NCBI GenBank assembly: GCA_963663335.2
Contig: CAXXLN010000003.1
Coordinates: 332,358 to 396,357, forward strand
DNA: 64,000 nucleotides
DNA from: Desulfatiglandales bacterium
GTDB lineage: Bacteria; Desulfobacterota; DSM-4660; Desulfatiglandales; Desulfatiglandaceae
Direction: 5' to 3'
The notes under the pieces were generated by a model. The model was not told the DNA's origin, did no database searches, and worked only from the letters and a program-made list of their open reading frames with translations. Position numbers and translations under genes: made by a program. This document shows, in pieces, positions 61,654 through 64,000 of this stretch (within the stretch, counting starts at the first letter, position 1; each line of letters starts with the position of its first letter).

Positions 61654-62854
61654 AAAAATAGAAAAAATTGTTCTGGCGTATTCGGGCGGTCTTGATACAT
61701 CGGTCATCCTGAAATGGCTGAAGGAGACTTATCAGTGCCCTGTCGTGGCGTACGCCGCTGACCTGGGGCAGGGAGAGGAACTTTCGGGCATCAAGGAAAA
61801 AGCCTTTGCGACCGGTGCCGACGATGTGGTGGTGGACGACCTGAAAGAGGTATTTGCGAAGGATTATGTATGGCCGGCGCTTAGGGCCAACGCCATTTAT
61901 GAAAACACCTATCTGCTGGGAACTTCCCTGGCGAGACCCCTCATTTCAAAAAGGCAGGTGGAAGTGGCGCACGAAATGGGCGCCAATGCGGTCAGTCATG
62001 GCGCCACTGGAAAGGGAAACGATCAGGTACGCTTTGAGTTGGCCTATATGGCACTGGATCCTTCACTTCAGATTATCGCACCGTGGCGCACATGGGATTT
62101 CAAAGGAAGGGAAGACCTAATGGATTATGCCCGCTCAAAGGGCATACCCGTTCCGGTGACCAAAGAAAAACCGTACTCCAGTGATCGCAATCTGCTGCAC
62201 ATCAGCTTCGAGGGCGGGATACTGGAAGATACCTGGGCTGAAGCGCCGGAAGAGATGTTTGTTCTGTCCGTCTCCCCGGAAGCGGCGCCCGATGAGCCCA
62301 CGTATGTGGAAATTTCCTATGAAAAAGGGAACCCTGTGGCCGTCGATGGAAAAAAGATGTCTCCGGCGAAACTGCTGGCCCATATGAACGAATTGGGCGG
62401 CAAAAACGGCATCGGCCGCGTCGATATGGTGGAGAACCGGTATGTGGGCATGAAGTCAAGAGGGGTCTATGAGACGCCGGGCGGCACTATCCTAAGGTCG
62501 GCCCATATTGCCATGGAATCCATCACGGTTGACCGTGAAGCCATGCACCTTCGAGACGCATTGGTTTCCCGATACGCTGAAATGGTCTATAATGGATACT
62601 GGTTTTCTCCGGAACGGAACATGTTGCAGGCGCTTGTGGATGAAGCCCAGAAGAATGTGAGCGGTACGGTGCGGTTGAAACTCTACAAAGGGAATTGCAT
62701 GGTGGTGGGCAGAAAATCCGACCGGTCCTTGTACCATGCGGATTTTGCCACTTTTGAGGGGGATGAAGTCTACAACCAGCAAGACGCCGAAGGATTCATC
62801 CGCTTAAACGGTCTGAGACTCAAAATTGCCAGCCTGTTGAAAAGCCAACGCTGA
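61646..62854 (+). CDS. argG: Argininosuccinate synthase (GTG start)
   Basis: [32 protein letters not shown]. Confidence 0.97.
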   Translation: MAEKIEKIVLAYSGGLDTSVILKWLKETYQCPVVAYAADLGQGEELSGIKEKAFATGADDVVVDDLKEVFAKDYVWPALRANAIYENTYLLGTSLARPLISKRQVEVAHEMGANAVSHGATGKGNDQVRFELAYMALDPSLQIIAPWRTWDFKGREDLMDYARSKGIPVPVTKEKPYSSDRNLLHISFEGGILEDTWAEAPEEMFVLSVSPEAAPDEPTYVEISYEKGNPVAVDGKKMSPAKLLAHMNELGGKNGIGRVDMVENRYVGMKSRGVYETPGGTILRSAHIAMESITVDREAMHLRDALVSRYAEMVYNGYWFSPERNMLQALVDEAQKNVSGTVRLKLYKGNCMVVGRKSDRSLYHADFATFEGDEVYNQQDAEGFIRLNGLRLKIASLLKSQR

Positions 62855-62864
62855 GGATCCGAGT

Positions 62865-64000
62865 ATGACGAAAAAGGTTTGGGGAGGACGGTTCAGCCAG
62901 GAACCTGATGCACTGGTCAACATGTTCAATGCTTCTATCAGCTTTGACCGACAGCTCTATGCCTATGACATTCAAGGCAGTGTTGCCCATTGCCGCATGC
63001 TGGCAAAGCAAGGCATTATTTCAGATGAGGAAGCGTCATCCATGCTCGTTGCGCTGGGGGAAATCAAGCGGGAGTTGGATCACGGCGGCTTTTCATCGGA
63101 TAACGACTATGAAGACATTCATGCCCTGGTGGAGAAATCCCTGGTGGAAAAAGTGGGGGCTCTCGGGGAAAAAATTCACACGGGAAGAAGTCGAAACGAT
63201 CAGGTGGCCCTTGACACACGGTTGTATGTGAGGGATGTGGTTCAAGAGGTCATGGGTTTGATTAAGGAATGTCAGAAAACCATTGTTATTATCGCTGAAA
63301 ATAATTTAATGGTTCTCATGCCAGGATATACACATCTGCAGCGAGCGCAGCCCGTACTCCTGAGCCACCATCTAATGGCCTATTACGAAATGTTCAAACG
63401 GGATCATGCCCGGTTTGAAGAAAGCCTGAGCCGTGTCAATGTCATGCCCCTGGGCAGTGCGGCACTGGCGGGTGCAACCTTTGATCTGGACCGGGAAATG
63501 GTTGCGGAAGAGCTGGGATTTGAGCAAATTTCAAGGAACAGCATGGATGCTGTGAGTGACAGGGATTTCGTTCTGGATTTTCTCTACAATGCATCTGTTT
63601 TGATGATGCATTTAAGCCGGCTCAGCGAGGAGCTGGTCATCTGGTCCAGCCAGGAGTTTGGCTTTGTGACCATTTCGGATGCGTTTTCCACCGGCAGCAG
63701 CATCATGCCGCAGAAGAAGAATCCGGATCTGCCGGAACTCATCAGAGGAAAAACAGGCCGCGCCTACGGGCATCTCATGAGCCTGTTGACCACCATGAAG
63801 GGATTGCCGCTGGCCTATAACAAAGACATGCAGGAAGACAAAGAAGCCCTGTTTGATTCAGCCCGGACCGTCCTCATGTGCCTCAAGGTTATGGGCAGTC
63901 TTCTGGGGGAAGTGACTTTTAGAACGGCTAGGCTCAAGGCCGCCACGGAAAAAGGGTATCTGGTGGCCACCGACCTGGCCGATTATCTAGTGGGCAAGGG
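62865..64000 (+). CDS. argH: Argininosuccinate lyase, truncated by the window edge
   Basis: MTKKVWGGRF, HTGRSRNDQVA, PGYTHLQRAQP, GSSIMPQKKNP, YNKDMQEDK. Confidence 0.95.
   Translation, partial: MTKKVWGGRFSQEPDALVNMFNASISFDRQLYAYDIQGSVAHCRMLAKQGIISDEEASSMLVALGEIKRELDHGGFSSDNDYEDIHALVEKSLVEKVGALGEKIHTGRSRNDQVALDTRLYVRDVVQEVMGLIKECQKTIVIIAENNLMVLMPGYTHLQRAQPVLLSHHLMAYYEMFKRDHARFEESLSRVNVMPLGSAALAGATFDLDREMVAEELGFEQISRNSMDAVSDRDFVLDFLYNASVLMMHLSRLSEELVIWSSQEFGFVTISDAFSTGSSIMPQKKNPDLPELIRGKTGRAYGHLMSLLTTMKGLPLAYNKDMQEDKEALFDSARTVLMCLKVMGSLLGEVTFRTARLKAATEKGYLVATDLADYLVGK

Overview
This 64 kb window looks like chromosomal DNA from an anaerobic deltaproteobacterium (Desulfobacterales/Desulfatiglans-like). 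That assignment is inferred from gene content and from the xerC-hslVU-argBDGH block. From left to right it holds: a frameshifted, truncated integron-integrase remnant followed by a PLA2-like/muramidase gene pair; a ~8.6 kb minus-strand operon in which a TmcC/TmcB-like membrane redox module (TmcB has an in-frame UGA at a Cys position plus a SECIS-like hairpin, so probably a selenoprotein) precedes a large phosphorelay (heme-c and Cys-PAS kinases, receivers, USP, Cys-rich MerR); an accessory zone (REP-like repeats, a frameshifted beta-helix protein, radical SAM, OYE); a thiolase/CoA-transferase pair, mltG and a LysR regulator; an ~11 kb anaerobic aromatic-catabolism locus (stand-alone PpcB-like UbiD, aryl-CoA ligase, Tm-1-like protein, UbiX, IclR, 4-hydroxybenzoyl-CoA-reductase-like Mo enzyme, ThiF/ThiS) tied together by three copies of a GTTC-N8-GAAC operator; then HD-GYP, envelope genes, a TetR-RND efflux operon, gluconokinase, a GH13 phosphorylase, STAS, mog, EF-G2, xerC, hslVU and argB/D/G/H (argH runs off the end). 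I saw no rRNA, tRNA or CRISPR. All calls come from motif recognition by eye; no database searches were run.
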